Shown here piece by piece: positions 61,408 to 64,000 of a stretch of 64,000 bases of DNA. Source of the DNA: an uncultured Fibrobacterota bacterium. Its GTDB lineage: Bacteria; Fibrobacterota; Chitinivibrionia; Chitinivibrionales; FEN-1185. The DNA lies in contig CAVWBU010000021.1 in assembly GCA_963753345.1 (NCBI GenBank), forward strand, positions 229,839-293,838, given 5' to 3'. The position numbers and the translations under genes are program-made. The notes beneath the pieces are model-generated. The model made no database searches, was not told the DNA's origin, and saw only the letters and a list, made by a program, of their open reading frames with translations. Each line of letters begins with the position of its first letter. The first letter of the stretch is position 1.

Positions 61408-61616
61408 AAAGCAAACGGCGAAAGCACAACCAGATGCTTGACGAAAAAGATTCGCCTCCTACGCTTTATCGCAAGTATCATCTGCCTGGTTTTTTAACGG
61501 GAAGAATCAAGGAATCATTATACGATAGCTGGCTCAACGAGCGGGCGAACACGCTGGAATTCGAAATCGTCTCGTGGCTCGTCAACGACTGCAAGAGTTC
61601 AAGATGCGGACGGTGA
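61404..61616 (+). CDS. Hypothetical short protein or gene fragment
   Basis: ATGA overlap with dinD and RBS gggag; no recognisable motif. Confidence 0.3.
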   Translation: MKSKRRKHNQMLDEKDSPPTLYRKYHLPGFLTGRIKESLYDSWLNERANTLEFEIVSWLVNDCKSSRCGR

Positions 61617-61731
61617 GACCGGGGAAAATGGGGGAAAGATGAGCTTCTGTAAAGAAACTCTCCTTATACGCCCACCGGCCCGCGAAAAAAGAAAGCCCCT
61701 CTCAGTAAGTCCCTATCAGTTTGTCAAATAA

Positions 61732-63515
61732 TCAATTATCCCGAACGCACCGGACACTGAACCCGACTTGATTGTTGTTGTTGCTACGGGACACATTCGC
61801 GCTGTCGTAGTACATGTAACAGTCCCACGAGTATGTAGCGTCGTTCGCCGTAGCCGACCACCAGTTACCGTAGTTGCCAATGGCGTGTGAATGCACCAGC
61901 GTTGTCACGATAACCGCCCGGAAGCGCCGAAAAACCGGTTGCATTTGTAGCGCCGGTATTAGGAGAAGTCCAATGTGTCGTGCCGGCTTCTTTCAGCGGC
62001 CCCCCTGCCACACTCTCTCCGCCAAGGTACGTGGTGAGCACGGTCCATTCGGAGTCTGTTGGTACATGCCAGCCTGTCGGGGCCAGTTTGCCCGTGTTTA
62101 CGGCATACCAATTGTACAATGCTCCATAGGTGATTCTTATAGGTGGCTGAATCGTTATTATACCAGCAATACCCCGGTGTTGTAAGAGCGGCCCATGCAG
62201 TGTTATCCGTTACCAATGGTATTGCGGTGCCATCGTTATATTTGGTGGTTTTCAGGTTCTCCACCATCCAGACTTGCGTCCCTATTGTAACTGTGTGATA
62301 AACATTTCCGTCGGTGTCAGCAATATTGACAACTAGCTCCCTGCGGCGTCGCCGTCACTATGCTACTCAATCCCGACTCTCCTCCGGCGTTCACCGCGGA
62401 CACGGCAAAGGCGTACTGCGTTCCGTTTGTCAACCAGCCACCTGCTTCGGAGATGTCACACCTGTCAACTTTGATCCACTCGTCTTGTCAACCGTGGTTC
62501 CGGGCAGTAGTACAGGTTGTACGATGTCGCGCCGGTTACGGCGCCCCAACTTACCGTAGCGCCGCCATCTCCAGCGACTACGCTGGAAATAACAGGGATT
62601 GCCTGAGGCGTCGCCGTTACTACATTGCTCAATCCCGACTCTCCGCCGGCATTCACCGCGCTTACGGCGAATGCGTACTGCGTCCCATTTGTCAATCCCG
62701 ATACCAATTTCGGAGATGCCACCCCTGTTAACCTTGATCCGGTCGCCTCGGCAACCGTCGTTCCTGTATTGTAGTACAGGTTGTACGATGTCGCGCCGGT
62801 TGCGGCGCCCCAGGTTACGGTCACGCTGCCGTCACCCGGCGTTACGCTCGAAATCGAAGGAGCCGAAAGGATCGCTTCCATCTTCACGGTATCGATTGTG
62901 CCGGTATACGATTGAATCGGAACTATTATCGAGCCATACCCGGTTTTACTGAATACCAGGGTGTCGATTGTCGCTCCTGCCTCCAACCTCTTCGCCAACC
63001 CATTCCGGCTTCCCCGCATACCATTATTTGTCAAATTGCCTTGAACCGCGGTTTGCATCGGCAGATAGCGATGAATCCAGGTTTGATTACCCTGTCGAAC
63101 TCGAATGAAATACAGTCCTGCAGCAACCCGTGAAGCGGAAAGGTTGATATCATACGTTCCGCCGGATAAATTACGCGTCTTTGAACAGGGTCGTCATTTT
63201 TACTCCGGTGGCGTTGAACAGTTCAACCGTCACGGGTGAAGGTTCTGAAATGTTAAGCCTCAGAAGGTTTCCGACAATTCTGCTTCCCGGAATGATCTTG
63301 GCGGAAGAACGGCCTGCCCCTGTTGATCGTGTGGCAATGATCTGCCATTTCCCTTGCGCATCGGTCGTGTCCGAAATTCCCAAGGTCTTCAAAGCGACGA
63401 GAACGCCGGGTAGAGGAGACCCGCCGACAGCATCGGTGACGGTCCCCGTTAAGTTCACCTGCGCGACAGCTCCAAAGCACAACACCATCACGATGCCGAT
63501 AAGCTTATTCGTCAT
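61732..63515 (-). CDS. Secreted FISUMP (Fibrobacter major paralogous) domain protein with two fibronectin-III repeats; multiply frameshifted
   Basis: Successive frames give a signal peptide, VNLTGTV, FnIII x2 (VT/SWGA.TGATSYNLYY, L.NGTQYAFAVSAVNAGGESGLS), W.VENLKTTKYNDG, LYNWYAV, PTGWHVPTD.EW, GFSALPGG and GFSVRCVRD. Confidence 0.8.
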
Positions 63516-63776
63516 GTAACCCCCCAGACTGATAGGTTTTCGATTTTTCGAAATGAGAAACCGCTGCAAGGATTTTTTCTTTACGGTTGACGACATTCCC
63601 GGCCTTTCCACCGTTCCCCGGTCCTAATCACCGGCAACCTTACTCATAATATAGGGACATTTGCGGGCAAAATCAAGAAAAAACGCCTGCCGGGCAATTG
63701 GCGCGGCCAAGGGGTTGCCGATTTTGTTGCAATCCATCTGGCCTTTTCCCTTCAATTTTGAGTATTTCATCAACCC

Positions 63777-63917
63777 ATGAAATCACCGCTGCATGAATTT
63801 TCCATCCCCATAACGGTTGAATTCGAGGACGCGGATTCCTACAAGATCGCGCACCACGCAAAGCTCGTGTCCTACCTCGAGCGCGCCCGTGTACGGTATT
63901 TTTCGGGCCTGGTATAG
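63777..63917 (+). pseudogene. Truncated 4HBT/YbgC-like acyl-CoA thioesterase (46 aa)
   Basis: MKSPLHEFSIPITVEFEDADSYKIAHHAKLVSYLERARVRYF then a stop; matches the V.F.D.D....HH..Y.ERAR hot-dog motif. Confidence 0.6.
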
Positions 63918-64000
63918 AAGGGAGACTTGATTAATGCGTATAATCAACATTTCAACCGGCAACATCTTTCCCTTCTCTGAAGATTCAAGGCAACTTATTC

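Overview
A 64-kb chromosomal segment, most likely from a Fibrobacterota (Chitinivibrionia/Chitinispirillaceae-like) bacterium. This is inferred from a FISUMP-domain gene and several secreted proteins with T9SS/FlgD-like C-terminal domains. Housekeeping blocks (selD; kdsB-HD-GYP regulator-pilM/pilN-like-rsmD-coaD-rhomboid; tolC-macAB-like efflux; cca; rimP-nusA-infB-rbfA-nrnA-truB-ribF-rpsO-pnp; dut; lptD) alternate with accessory genes (GH64, GH26-like, GH130+GT4, BNR protein, hicAB, brnA, dinD stubs) and one tRNA-Ser(GGA). The most striking unannotated signal is a dense family of about 11 intergenic, GC-rich, modular structured elements. They are built from two modules, here called A and B, with covarying stems, recurrent c(GNA)g triloops and hairpin slots holding REP palindromes or 7/8-mer tandem repeats. 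Most occur as outward-facing pairs, either nearly empty (about 400-500 bp) or enclosing cargo genes, and no transposase is present in the window. Other leads: an AT-rich two-gene operon encoding a small alarmone synthetase-like protein and an unknown partner, lying between matched element ends; a probable DGR-type variable region at the end of the FISUMP gene; a decayed island at the tRNA-Ser 3' end; and a 97-bp MITE with a TTAT target-site duplication. Several frameshifts look like single-base insertion errors in the assembly. All calls were made by eye; no searches were run.
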